The position numbers and the translations under genes are program-made. DNA of 64,000 bases. Origin: an uncultured bacterium. GTDB taxonomy: Bacteria > Verrucomicrobiota > Verrucomicrobiia > CAIQCK01. The notes under the pieces are model-generated. The model made no database searches. It was given only the letters and a program-made list of their open reading frames with translations, and was not told the origin of the DNA. Below, in pieces: positions 47,477 through 57,056 of the stretch (the first letter of the stretch is position 1; every line of letters starts with the position of its first letter). The DNA lies in contig CAIQCK010000121.1 of the NCBI GenBank assembly GCA_903870275.1, forward strand, positions 192,461 to 256,460, read 5' to 3'.

Positions 47477-48487
47477 TTACTTCGCCGCTTTCGTCGGGGT
47501 TTCAACCGCCAACTGCGCGACGCTGTCGCCGCGGATGGGCGAGTAGTCCCGTTCCACGCGCGCCCGGAGATCGCGGGTGACGCGGATGTTCTGGAAGTAA
47601 GGCTCGAAACCGGAGGCTTCCTCCATGTCGGGGAGGTTTTGCAGGTGAAAGTGCAGATGCGGCTCGTTGGACTGACCGCTGTTGCCGCACCTGCCGATGA
47701 GTTGGCCGGCTTTCACGGTGTCGCCAACCCTCACGCAGATGGAACCGAACATCAGGTGTTCGAGCACGCTAAACTCGCTGTCGGAATGTTTGATCATGAT
47801 GGAGTTGCCGATGGCGCAAAAGCCATTCGGCGTGCCGGGTTTGCTGTCCGGCACGCCGTCAATCACCATGACGACCGTGCCGTCGGCGGGCGCGAGGATA
47901 TCCGTGCCGTAGACATAGTAGTCCTCGTTGGCCTTGCCTTCATCCTGGTGCGACTTGTGCAGCGAGTCGCGGATGAGCATGTCCAAGGCCCGCCGCTGGC
48001 TGCGGATGTTGGCGTTGCGGTTCAACTCAGCTGTCGCGCCGCCCCACCTCACATACCACTCGCCGTTGAACGGCAGGCGCATCGGCGTCTTGTTGCGTTC
48101 GGGTAGCGCGATGATCGCGCCGGCCGGCGTCAGGTTCAGGCCGGTGATTTGTCCCTTGCGGTCCAGTGTCAACGCCATCCTCCATTCGCCGCGCTCGGCC
48201 CCCAGCAAAAGGGAGGCGCCGCCGCCGCTGGCAACCGATTCCTTGACATCGAGCAAATTGCCGCGTGCCGCGAGGATGCTGCGGAAATACACCCGCGCCT
48301 TCGCCTCCGTAAACGTGCCGCGCAGCGCCGGGCCGAGCATCTCGTGAATCTTGATCTGGTCGTCGGCATTGATGTAGCCGATGAGTTTTTTCGCGGTGGT
48401 GACGAACTCAGTGTCCGCCGCCATCGCCGCCGTCGCGCCGAACAGCAGCGCGAGCCAGAATTGAGCGTTCCAACATCGCCGGATCAT
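47477..48487 (-). CDS. Secreted M23 family peptidase with small N-terminal domain
   Basis: Signal peptide; ILAPADGTV, GNSIMIKH, EHL, CGNSGQSNEPHLHF (HxH). Confidence 0.85.
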   Translation of the reverse strand: MIRRCWNAQFWLALLFGATAAMAADTEFVTTAKKLIGYINADDQIKIHEMLGPALRGTFTEAKARVYFRSILAARGNLLDVKESVASGGGASLLLGAERGEWRMALTLDRKGQITGLNLTPAGAIIALPERNKTPMRLPFNGEWYVRWGGATAELNRNANIRSQRRALDMLIRDSLHKSHQDEGKANEDYYVYGTDILAPADGTVVMVIDGVPDSKPGTPNGFCAIGNSIMIKHSDSEFSVLEHLMFGSICVRVGDTVKAGQLIGRCGNSGQSNEPHLHFHLQNLPDMEEASGFEPYFQNIRVTRDLRARVERDYSPIRGDSVAQLAVETPTKAAK

Positions 48488-48494
48488 ATTACCC

Positions 48495-49484
48495 TCAGTT
48501 TGCCCCGTTCTTCTTCAACACGTCGCTGATGCTCACCGGCTGGCCGCCGAGCTTCTTGCTTTCGTCGGAAGCTTCCATGAACGCAAGGATCTCGATCGTC
48601 TCGCGCTCCGGCACCGGTGCCACGCCGGTCTGGAAAAACTTGATCACCTCGACCAGCAGCGGCGCGTAACCGTCATAGGCGCCAATTTCGGCTTCACCCT
48701 TGTCGCCCTTGGCGGTGCCGCCGTAAGGCTTCTGGCCTTTGGCATGGGAACCTTCGCGGAAGATACCGGTCCGGCCGCCGCTCCACGTGCCGGTCACTTC
48801 GATCCGGCCATCCTCGGTCGTGCCGCGCTTCACCGTCTCGCAGCCCGCGCCCATCACGGTGAACAGCGACTCGACGCCATGGATGCCATACCAGAACAAC
48901 TCCGGATGATGCGGTTCCAGATTGACCGGGCTGGAGGTCCACGCGCTGAGCACCTTGCCGACGGAACCGTTGCGGACCGCTTGCGTCGCCTTGCCGTATC
49001 GCAGCGACGATGAGCTGAACACCGCCACGTTGTTCTCCTTCGCAAGCCGGAAAATCTCCAGCGCGTCGTGCAACGAGCCGGCCATCGGCTTGTCTATGAA
49101 CAGCCGCTTGCCGGCCTTGATGACAGGCCGCGCCTGCGCTAGATGCGGCCGTCCGTCCACGCTCTCCAGCATCACCGCGTCCACCTGCTTGCAGAGTTCC
49201 TCGATGGAGTCCACGATTTTGACGCCGAAGTCTTTCTGCAACTGTTCGGTGTATTTGTCCACGCGCGACGCGCTCGATTCGATGTCAGGACTGCCGCCCT
49301 TGAACGCGGCAACCACTTTGGCGCCGTCGACGTGGTTCTTGTCTTTCGGGTCGTTGAGCGTTTTCGTGAACGCAAGGACGTGCGAGGTGTCCAGCCCGAT
49401 CAGGCCGATGCGCAGATCTTCGCTGAAACAGGTGGCGGCGGCGAGGAGGACGGTGGCGGCGAGCAGTGAAGTTATGGTTTTCAT
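48495..49484 (-). CDS. Secreted Gfo/Idh/MocA family oxidoreductase
   Basis: IGLIGLDTSH, ESVDGRPH, FIDKPMA, WYGIHGVE. Confidence 0.88.
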   Translation of the reverse strand: MKTITSLLAATVLLAAATCFSEDLRIGLIGLDTSHVLAFTKTLNDPKDKNHVDGAKVVAAFKGGSPDIESSASRVDKYTEQLQKDFGVKIVDSIEELCKQVDAVMLESVDGRPHLAQARPVIKAGKRLFIDKPMAGSLHDALEIFRLAKENNVAVFSSSSLRYGKATQAVRNGSVGKVLSAWTSSPVNLEPHHPELFWYGIHGVESLFTVMGAGCETVKRGTTEDGRIEVTGTWSGGRTGIFREGSHAKGQKPYGGTAKGDKGEAEIGAYDGYAPLLVEVIKFFQTGVAPVPERETIEILAFMEASDESKKLGGQPVSISDVLKKNGAN

Positions 49485-49515
49485 AATTTGGAGTCTTGGG
49501 TAGAATCATACGCTT

Positions 49516-50829
49516 ATGAACCAATCAATCAATCGCAGAATTTTCCTCCAACAGTCCGCCGCCCTCGGGGCCGGCCTTGCCGCTTGGCGGACCGTGTCCC
49601 CGGTGGTTGCCGCCGAGGCCAACGCCAAGCTCGTTGTCGCCGTCATGGGCTGCAACAGCCGCGGCATGGCGCACGTTGACGGATTGATTGCCGCGCCGAA
49701 TGTCGAGATCGCCTACATCTGCGACGTGGATTCACGCGCGCTCGAGAAGGGCATCAAGACGGTCGCCAAGAAGACGGGCAAGGAGCCGAAAGGCGTCAAG
49801 GATTTCCGCCGGGTTCTCGACGACAAATCGGTGGACGCGCTCACCATCGCCACGCCGAACCACTGGCACGCCATCGCCACCATCATGGCTTGCGCCGCCG
49901 GCAAACACGTTTATGTCGAAAAACCGGGCAGCCACGACCCGCACGAGTCGGAGTTGATGGTGGCCGCCGCGCGCAAATACCAGCGCGTCGTCCAGATGGG
50001 CAACCAGCGCCGCAGCATGGCCGGCGTCATCGAGGCCATTGAAAAACTCCGCGCCGGCGTCATCGGCCGCGTGTTGACCGCGCGTTGCTACTACACGCGC
50101 AACCGCCCGACCATCGGCCACGGCAAGCCCGCGCCCGTGCCGGAGTGGCTCGATTGGGAGCTTTGGCAGGGCGCCGCGCCGGAGCGGCCGTTCGTGGACA
50201 ACCTCGTTCACTACAATTGGCACTGGTTCTGGCACTGGGGCAACGGCGAGCTGGGCAACAATGCCATTCATTCCGTGGACGTGGCGCGCTGGGGCTTGTG
50301 CGTGGATGCGCCGCGCCGCGTCACGTTCGGCGGCGGCCGCTATCGGTTCCAGGACGACCAGGAAACACCGGATACCGGTGTTGCGACGTTCGATTACGGC
50401 GACAAGCTGATCACATGGGAGCAGAGCAGTAGCCACGATCGCAAAGGCGAGACACAAAGCACGACGAATTTCTACGGCGAAGGCGGCATGCTCTCGATGA
50501 TCGGTACCGGCTACAAACTCTACGACCTGAAAGGCAAGGAAATGGGTGGTTGGAAGACCAGCGGCGAGGGCGACACCGTGCGCGGTGTCGGCGGTGAATA
50601 CGAGCACTTTGCCAACTTCGTGGAGAGCGTCCGCCAGAACAAGCGTCCCCACTCCGACATCGGCGAGTGCCAGAAGAGCACGATGCTTTGCCACTACGCC
50701 AACATCGCCTACCGCACCGGCCACACGATCAACGTGGACCAGAAGACCGGCAAGATCGTTGACGACGCGAAGGCGGCCGCGCTCTGGCGGCGTTCGGAGT
50801 ATCGCAAGGGCTGGGAGCCGAAAGTATAG
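49516..50829 (+). CDS. Tat-exported Gfo/Idh/MocA family oxidoreductase
   Basis: NRRIFL Tat motif; ATPNHWH, GKHVYVEKP, QMGNQRR, LDWELWQG. Confidence 0.92.
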   Translation: MNQSINRRIFLQQSAALGAGLAAWRTVSPVVAAEANAKLVVAVMGCNSRGMAHVDGLIAAPNVEIAYICDVDSRALEKGIKTVAKKTGKEPKGVKDFRRVLDDKSVDALTIATPNHWHAIATIMACAAGKHVYVEKPGSHDPHESELMVAAARKYQRVVQMGNQRRSMAGVIEAIEKLRAGVIGRVLTARCYYTRNRPTIGHGKPAPVPEWLDWELWQGAAPERPFVDNLVHYNWHWFWHWGNGELGNNAIHSVDVARWGLCVDAPRRVTFGGGRYRFQDDQETPDTGVATFDYGDKLITWEQSSSHDRKGETQSTTNFYGEGGMLSMIGTGYKLYDLKGKEMGGWKTSGEGDTVRGVGGEYEHFANFVESVRQNKRPHSDIGECQKSTMLCHYANIAYRTGHTINVDQKTGKIVDDAKAAALWRRSEYRKGWEPKV

Positions 50830-50875
50830 CGAGAATCTGCTTGTCTGAATCCCACGCGAGGCGTAGAGAGGCGGC

Positions 50876-52246
50876 ATGAAAACCCCTCTCTACGCCTCGC
50901 TCGTTTCCCGCCGCATCAGCCGCCGCCGCTTCCTGCAATCCTCCGCGCTCGCCGCCGGGGCGACCGTGCTGGGCGCGCCGGCGTTGCTGCGCGGGCAGAA
51001 CCTCAACGACAAACTCAACGTCGCCGTCGTCGGTTGCGGCGGACGCGGCGGCTCCAACATGGGCGATGTCGGCAAGACGGAAAACATTGTTGCGCTCTGC
51101 GATGTGTTTGAGTCGAACATCGAGAAGGCCGCACAGAAATTTTCGCAGGCGAAGAAATACAACGACTTTCGCAAGCTCTTCGACGACGCGAAGGATTTCG
51201 ACGCCGTGGTGGTCAGTACCACCGAGCACACGCACGCCCTGGCGGTGATGCGGGCGTTGAAGCACAAGAAGCACGTCTATTGCGAGAAGCCGCTTACGCA
51301 CGATGTCTATGAGTGCCGCCAGATTCGCAAGACGCTGCGCAGCCTCAAGGTCGCCACGCAGATGGGCACGCAAATCCACGCCGGCGACAACTATCGCCGC
51401 GTCGTCGAGCTGATCCAGAGCGGCGCGATTGGCCCGGTGCGCGAGGCGCACGTCTGGGTGGACCGCACGTGGGGGCGGCAGAGTCCGGAGGACGCGAAAA
51501 CTTACGGCGACCGCGTGAGCAGCCAGGAGCGGCCGACGGAAACGGAGCCGGTGCCCGCGGGCTTGAACTGGGACCTCTGGATCGGCCCCGCGCCGTTCCG
51601 TCCGTTCAACTCGATCTACTGGCCCGGCTCGAAGTGGTATCGCTGGTGGGATTTCGGCAATGGCACCATGTCCGACCTCGGCAGCCATTGGAACGACCTG
51701 CCGTTCTGGGCGTTGAAGCTCGACGCGCCGCTCACCATCGAGGCCGCTGGCCCGCCGCCGCATCCGGAGATCGCGCCCGCCACGATGAGCGCGACCTACA
51801 CTTACGGCGCGCGCGGCGACATGCCGCCGGTGAAGCTGACGTGGTATCAGGGCCAGATGAAGCCGCCGCAATACACCGAGGGCAAAATCCCCCAGTGGAA
51901 AAGCGCCGCGCTGTTCGTGGGCGACAAAGGCATGGTGCTCACCGATTACGGCAAGCACATGCTGTTGCCGGAGGAAAAGTTCAAGGACTTCAAGCGGCCC
52001 GAACCGTTCATTGCTAAGTCACTCGGCCATCACGCCGAGTGGATTCACGCCTGCAAGACCGGCGAGCCGACTACGTGCAACTTCGAGTATTCCGGCGCGC
52101 TCACTGAAGCCAACCACCTCGGCAACGTCGCCTACCGCCTTGGCAAAAAACTGGAATGGGATTCCGCCGCGCTCAAGGTGACGAACTGTCCCGAAGCCGC
52201 CGCTCTCATCCGCCGCCCGTATCGCAAGGGATGGACGCTGGCGTGA
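50876..52246 (+). CDS. Tat-exported Gfo/Idh/MocA family oxidoreductase
   Basis: SRRRFL Tat motif; [30 protein letters not shown]. Confidence 0.92.
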   Translation: MKTPLYASLVSRRISRRRFLQSSALAAGATVLGAPALLRGQNLNDKLNVAVVGCGGRGGSNMGDVGKTENIVALCDVFESNIEKAAQKFSQAKKYNDFRKLFDDAKDFDAVVVSTTEHTHALAVMRALKHKKHVYCEKPLTHDVYECRQIRKTLRSLKVATQMGTQIHAGDNYRRVVELIQSGAIGPVREAHVWVDRTWGRQSPEDAKTYGDRVSSQERPTETEPVPAGLNWDLWIGPAPFRPFNSIYWPGSKWYRWWDFGNGTMSDLGSHWNDLPFWALKLDAPLTIEAAGPPPHPEIAPATMSATYTYGARGDMPPVKLTWYQGQMKPPQYTEGKIPQWKSAALFVGDKGMVLTDYGKHMLLPEEKFKDFKRPEPFIAKSLGHHAEWIHACKTGEPTTCNFEYSGALTEANHLGNVAYRLGKKLEWDSAALKVTNCPEAAALIRRPYRKGWTLA

Positions 52247-52365
52247 GTGCGCGGTCACTGCCGAGTGCCGCAAACACGCTTAAATCATCGGCGGGAAACG
52301 CGATGATCCATTTCAGTCGTCCCTCCGGGACGGATTGATTTCGAGGATCGTGTTCCTGGCGTTGA

Positions 52366-52638
52366 AGGGTCTGTTGCCCAAATCGTCTTAGCCGCGGAGC
52401 GGCGCCAGATCGTAGCCCACGGCGCGAGCCGTGGGTTTCGTGACGCAGAACGAAAGCCCCGGCAGGGGCGAAAGAAATCATACATCGGTGAGGTTTTCTG
52501 CCGCCCCGACGGGGCTTATGTTTTTCGGGCCACTATTCCCACGGCTTGCGCCGTGGGCTATTTTCTGGCGCGCCTCCGGCGCTCTCCTCCAGAACTGGCT
52601 TGTTCTTGAGCAAACAGAACATTTGGGCAACACGCCCT
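52366..52638. mobile_element. MITE-like element with 18-bp terminal inverted repeats, carrying an internal REP doublet
   Basis: agggtctgttgcccaaat (52366-52383) versus atttgggcaacacgccct (52621-52638), 16/18 match; internal inverted pair 52390-52583 (gtagcccacggcgcgagccgtggg / cccacggcttgcgccgtgggcta). Confidence 0.7.
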
Positions 52639-52700
52639 AAAACGCCGGGCTAATGTCAGCCGCTCCTATGGAGCGGAGTTCTCCAAGCAGTTCGCCGTGC

Positions 52701-54335
52701 TTAAGGCTTCGGACTCGCGCCCTTGTATCGCACCGTCAGATGCAGGTCGGTGAGAAAGCCTTTGTCTTGTGGGGCGGGCGTGACGGTGACGACATTGGCG
52801 CCTTGCTTCACCAGTTTGGCGTCGAGTTTGAACTCCAGCCAGTCTTTGGCGATTGCGCCGCCAGCGAGCGAAACGTCGTTGAGCGCGACCACGGCGTTGG
52901 CGGGTTGTTTCAACACTTTGAATTGCAGCCGCAGAGTCAAATCCGCGCCCACGCCTTTGGACTCGCCCCAACGCACGTCATCGCCGACCGAAAACTTCAC
53001 CGTCGCCGGCTTGTCGGGTGCGAGCGGCAACGACGCACCGGGATTGAGCGTCGCGAGGTGGATGAAGCTCTGATGCGGCAGCGAGTTGCCGGCGGCAACG
53101 CCGACGCCGCGCACGCTGGCGAAATAATCCTTGTTCATCCGTTGCAACGCCGCCGGATCGCCCAACTCGCGCCAGAGCGGACTGCGCGGGTTGAAGAAGT
53201 TGAACATGTAAACGCCGTCCGCGCCGGCGGCCCAGACATTCATGGCGCGCGCCCGGTAAGCCTCGACCGACGAGCGAAGACCGCGGGCCGCCTCGTCCCG
53301 CACGCGCGATTCGTCCAGCGACGGATAGACCGGCACGCCGTATTTGTGGCCGAGCGCGACGCTGTATTCCCACGGATTGAGCTGGATGTAGCTCGTGACC
53401 ACCAGCAGGTCCGCCAGATCGTCGGCAAGCCAGCGCTCCAGATCAATGCCGATGGCCCGGCTGTATTCGACCGAGTCCGGCACGCGCACGGCCATGAGCA
53501 GCGGCCGTCCGCGCCGCCGGCCCACGTCGTCGCACATCGCGCGGATGCGCTGGAGCAAGCCGGTCATCTGCGCGCGGTCCTCGTCGTCGCACGGCAGGCC
53601 TTGAGCGTTGTGCTTGAAGAAAATCGGGTGGCGGAAGAAATCCAGTTCGACGCCATCCACGTCGTAATTCCGGCAAACCTCCTCGACGTAACGAAACGCC
53701 AGGTCGCGAACCTCCGCGCGCCCGAAATCCACGGCGGACCACGCGCCGTATTTGGGTTTTTGCTGCGGCGTGCCGAACAGATATTCGGGGTGCGCCACCT
53801 TCAGTTTGTTCATGTTGAACATGACCGGCCCATACTCCGTGAGCGAGCCATCGTGCGTGTCGTTCATCCGCAGCGACCAGAAGACTTCGATGCCATGCTT
53901 CCGCCCGAACTCTGTCATCACCCGCAGCGGATCAATGCCCGCGTCGAGGAAAGCGCGCGTGGGATTGTTCGTGAACGGTGCCTCGCGCGTTTCGAAGACC
54001 TGGCCAACCTTCGTGTTGTGCGTGAACACGCCGAAACCGGAACTCCATGTGCAGTAGAAAATGCTGTCCACCTGCGAGCCGGCGAGCGCGGTGGTCCGGG
54101 CCTTCAGCAATTCCTCCGCGGTCACAGCCTTGCACTGATACACGATATCGTCGCCGTCGTTGTTGAAGATGATCCGCCGTTTGCGATGCGCCGCTTCCTT
54201 GCGGCGTTGCTTGAAGGAGTCGGCGGAAGGATTGCCGGAGGCACCGCCATTTTCCGCTGCGATACAAGAATCAGCGTCGCCAACGAGCAGCAACGCTGCG
54301 CCGACGGTAATCAACCAGAACGTTGTTCTTTTCAT
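52701..54335 (-). CDS. Secreted glycoside-hydrolase-like TIM-barrel protein (GHL10/DUF187-like) with C-terminal beta domain
   Basis: Signal peptide; IFNNDGDD, SLRMNDTHD, YDVDGVELDFFRHP, GADGVYMFN. Confidence 0.65.
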   Translation of the reverse strand: MKRTTFWLITVGAALLLVGDADSCIAAENGGASGNPSADSFKQRRKEAAHRKRRIIFNNDGDDIVYQCKAVTAEELLKARTTALAGSQVDSIFYCTWSSGFGVFTHNTKVGQVFETREAPFTNNPTRAFLDAGIDPLRVMTEFGRKHGIEVFWSLRMNDTHDGSLTEYGPVMFNMNKLKVAHPEYLFGTPQQKPKYGAWSAVDFGRAEVRDLAFRYVEEVCRNYDVDGVELDFFRHPIFFKHNAQGLPCDDEDRAQMTGLLQRIRAMCDDVGRRRGRPLLMAVRVPDSVEYSRAIGIDLERWLADDLADLLVVTSYIQLNPWEYSVALGHKYGVPVYPSLDESRVRDEAARGLRSSVEAYRARAMNVWAAGADGVYMFNFFNPRSPLWRELGDPAALQRMNKDYFASVRGVGVAAGNSLPHQSFIHLATLNPGASLPLAPDKPATVKFSVGDDVRWGESKGVGADLTLRLQFKVLKQPANAVVALNDVSLAGGAIAKDWLEFKLDAKLVKQGANVVTVTPAPQDKGFLTDLHLTVRYKGASPKP

Positions 54336-54374
54336 AAGACTGTCCCGTGACATTCGCGCGGCCAACGCAGATTC

Positions 54375-54477
54375 ATGAAGGGCAGGGCGGGACTCCGTCG
54401 AGCCTCCTTCAATCCGCATTCCGCATTCCAAAATCCGAAATCGAGAGCCGGCTAAACAGAGTCCGGCCCTGCCTCAT
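54375..54477. repeat. REP-like inverted pair enclosing five 7-bp units
   Basis: ggcagggcgggactccgtcgagcc / ggctaaacagagtccggccctgcc flanking aatccgc attccgc attccaa aatccga aatcgag (54411-54445). Confidence 0.75.
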
Positions 54478-54499
54478 TGGGTTTTGCGGCTGTGCTTCG

Positions 54500-55423
54500 C
54501 TACGATGCGCGCCACTTCAGTTCCAACGTCTGCCCGTGCTGGGCGTGATTGTGGTCAATGCAATTGAGCCGGAGCCGCGCGCCGTCGGGCAGCAACGTGG
54601 CGAGCACCCAGCCGGATGGCACGCCTTGTTTGAACACATAGGCCACCGCCGGCAGGTTGATGATCTGGATGCCGCTGTCGTGTTGCGTGATTTTCCAGAC
54701 GTGTGTGTGGCCGAAGACGTAGGCCTTCACCTGCTTGCGCGGCGCGAGCACTTTTAGGAACGCCTCGCTGTCGCGGAGGCCGGACGGCTTCCGCTCCTTG
54801 TCCGTGGCCACATCGAGGTTGTGATGCGCCGCCACAATCGCCGGCTTGTCGGGGTTGGCGTCGAGTGTTTTGGCCAGCCAATCGAGTTGCGCCTCGCCCA
54901 TCTCGCCGGAGGTGACGTTGGTCTTGTCGAGCGAGTCGAGCAGGAACCAGTTCGCCATCGGCGAGCGGACCATGGCAACACGCCGGTCAACGCCCGGATG
55001 ACTCGCCGCCTGTTCCTCGGCGAACGCCGCGCGCAGGTGGTTGCGGTCGTCGTGATTGCCCGTCGCGAGGTGGAGCGGAATTTGCGCGGCGCGGATGGGC
55101 TGCGCCAGCTCGGCAAACGTCGCGTAATCGCCTTCCTCTCCCTTGAGAACCGCGCAGTCGCCGGTGACGAGCGCAGCGGCGGGCCGTTGCGGCAACACGA
55201 TGACCTCCCGCAACGCGGTTTCAAAATGCTCGGCCATGTTTATCTCGCGCAAGACCTTCGCGCGATCGCCGGCAACGTGTGTGTCGGAAAGCAACGCCCA
55301 CGAGTTCGGGTCCGCCGGCTTTTCATCGGCCCAAAGCGGTCGCGGCCACAACAGACTCGCGCCGGCGGCGAGCGAACCTTTCAGAAACTGCCGGCGCGTG
55401 ATGGGCGGGATATAGATGGGCAT
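54500..55423 (-). CDS. Tat-exported calcineurin-like metallophosphoesterase (CpdA/Icc-like)
   Basis: TRRQFL Tat motif; SDTH, TGD, GNHD, AHHN, GHTH. Confidence 0.9.
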   Translation of the reverse strand: MPIYIPPITRRQFLKGSLAAGASLLWPRPLWADEKPADPNSWALLSDTHVAGDRAKVLREINMAEHFETALREVIVLPQRPAAALVTGDCAVLKGEEGDYATFAELAQPIRAAQIPLHLATGNHDDRNHLRAAFAEEQAASHPGVDRRVAMVRSPMANWFLLDSLDKTNVTSGEMGEAQLDWLAKTLDANPDKPAIVAAHHNLDVATDKERKPSGLRDSEAFLKVLAPRKQVKAYVFGHTHVWKITQHDSGIQIINLPAVAYVFKQGVPSGWVLATLLPDGARLRLNCIDHNHAQHGQTLELKWRAS

Positions 55424-55431
55424 GGTGGTTC

Positions 55432-57036
55432 CTATTCCAGTTCCGGCGGCACCGCGCCGTAGGTCCATGACGCTTTGGCGGGCGTCGCGGGCAACGGCTG
55501 CGGCACCGGCCCGGGCTTCATCTCGTTGGCGAGCGCGATGCCGGTGTTGGCGATCTGGCGGCCGGCGGTGACTTCCAGGTTGCTGTAACCCGTCAGTCGC
55601 GTTTCATAGCCGCCGCCGTGCGGGCCGAGCGCTTCCTCGGTCGGCACGTAGCCGACGCACCCGTTGGCCAACTCGACCGGGAAGGTGAACGGGAACTTGC
55701 TGCCTTTCTTGATGTCGAGGCCGTATTGCACAAAATATTCCGCCGGGTTGGTCACGAACACCGCCGGGCCGACCTGCACCGCCTGCACCTCCGTCTCCAC
55801 TTCCGGCCGCGACTTCATCAGCGCGTCGAGGACCACCGTCTCTTTCGCGAAGGTCCACTCCGTCGCGCCGACCTCCTTCGGGTCTTTTTGAATCATCTCC
55901 ATCGCCTTCTTCACCTTCTCCGGCGACGGCGCGCGGCGCTTAATGTTCCAAACCTTCTGCCGCACATCAAGGGGGATGTCGCTCGCCGCGCCGCGGCGGA
56001 TGAGCAGCAGCGTCTTGAACGCCTCCGCGCCGACCCGTCCGCCGACCAGTTGGCACCATTCTTCGGCGCCGGGGTTCTGGAACTTGGTCAGGTTGTCCAC
56101 CTGCGTGACATCGCCGCATGCGCCTTGCATGAATACGACGGGCAGCGCCGCGTTGCCGGTCGCGCCGCGCAGCGTCTGCTCCATCGCCCAAATCCAGTTT
56201 GCCGAGATGCCGCCGGGCGCGGTCGTCGCGTGGCAGGAAAAATTCACGACCACGCCGAGCAGGTTGCCCTTCAAGTCCCACACGCCGACCACGCCGACCT
56301 GTGGATCGATCGGCCCGGCGTACTCGATGATGTCGGGATTGCCCGCGCCGGGATGCGTGTAGCTGAGGCCATTCTTCATGCGCAGCCGGCGGTTGAACGC
56401 GACCTTGTCCTCGCAGCCGAAGCCGACGGCGAGCTTCGCATCGGTGCGCACCTCGTTGGCGAACACAACGGCTTCGACAACCTGCTTCTTCATCAGTTGC
56501 GTATAGCCGGGGTTGGAGACGATGGACTTGTTGTTGACCAGGTCCTTGACCAGTTCCGAGGCGTTGTCGAAATCACCCGGCTCGGCCATGCCGATCGGCC
56601 CGGATGAATGCGAGTGTGACGCGCCGATGAGCACGCACTCCGGCTTGATGCCGCAACGCTTCTCGATTTCCGCGCGCACCTCTTTTACAAAGGCGCGCGT
56701 TATAATCAACAGGTCCATGCCGACGAGCGCGACGCGTTTCTTGCCGTCGTCGAACACCACGGCGCGGACTTTGCAGGGATCGTGGAAGGTACGGTGGTAG
56801 CTCTTGCCGTAACCGCCGGGCCATTCCATGCCGATGTCCGGCGTGATGTCGCGCTCGGCGAATCCGGCCTTGAAGAAGCACGCCTTCTGTGGGCCGTGGG
56901 TGGATTTGGCGTCCCACCATTCCTCCGTTGTGGGTTTTGGCGCGGGCGCTTTTTGCTGGGCGCTTGCGGGGTTGGGTGCGACGGCCGCCGCCGCGCAGAT
57001 GACCATCACGAGTTGGACGAGGTGTTTTGTATTCAT
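55432..57036 (-). CDS. Secreted neutral/alkaline ceramidase-like amidohydrolase
   Basis: AGFAERDITP, HDP, ASHSHSSGP, FNRR, NFSCHAT, QGACGD, PAEYF, ELANG..GYVPT. Confidence 0.75.
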   Translation of the reverse strand: MNTKHLVQLVMVICAAAAVAPNPASAQQKAPAPKPTTEEWWDAKSTHGPQKACFFKAGFAERDITPDIGMEWPGGYGKSYHRTFHDPCKVRAVVFDDGKKRVALVGMDLLIITRAFVKEVRAEIEKRCGIKPECVLIGASHSHSSGPIGMAEPGDFDNASELVKDLVNNKSIVSNPGYTQLMKKQVVEAVVFANEVRTDAKLAVGFGCEDKVAFNRRLRMKNGLSYTHPGAGNPDIIEYAGPIDPQVGVVGVWDLKGNLLGVVVNFSCHATTAPGGISANWIWAMEQTLRGATGNAALPVVFMQGACGDVTQVDNLTKFQNPGAEEWCQLVGGRVGAEAFKTLLLIRRGAASDIPLDVRQKVWNIKRRAPSPEKVKKAMEMIQKDPKEVGATEWTFAKETVVLDALMKSRPEVETEVQAVQVGPAVFVTNPAEYFVQYGLDIKKGSKFPFTFPVELANGCVGYVPTEEALGPHGGGYETRLTGYSNLEVTAGRQIANTGIALANEMKPGPVPQPLPATPAKASWTYGAVPPELE

Positions 57037-57056
57037 GGAATTCTGCTCCGCAGTCT

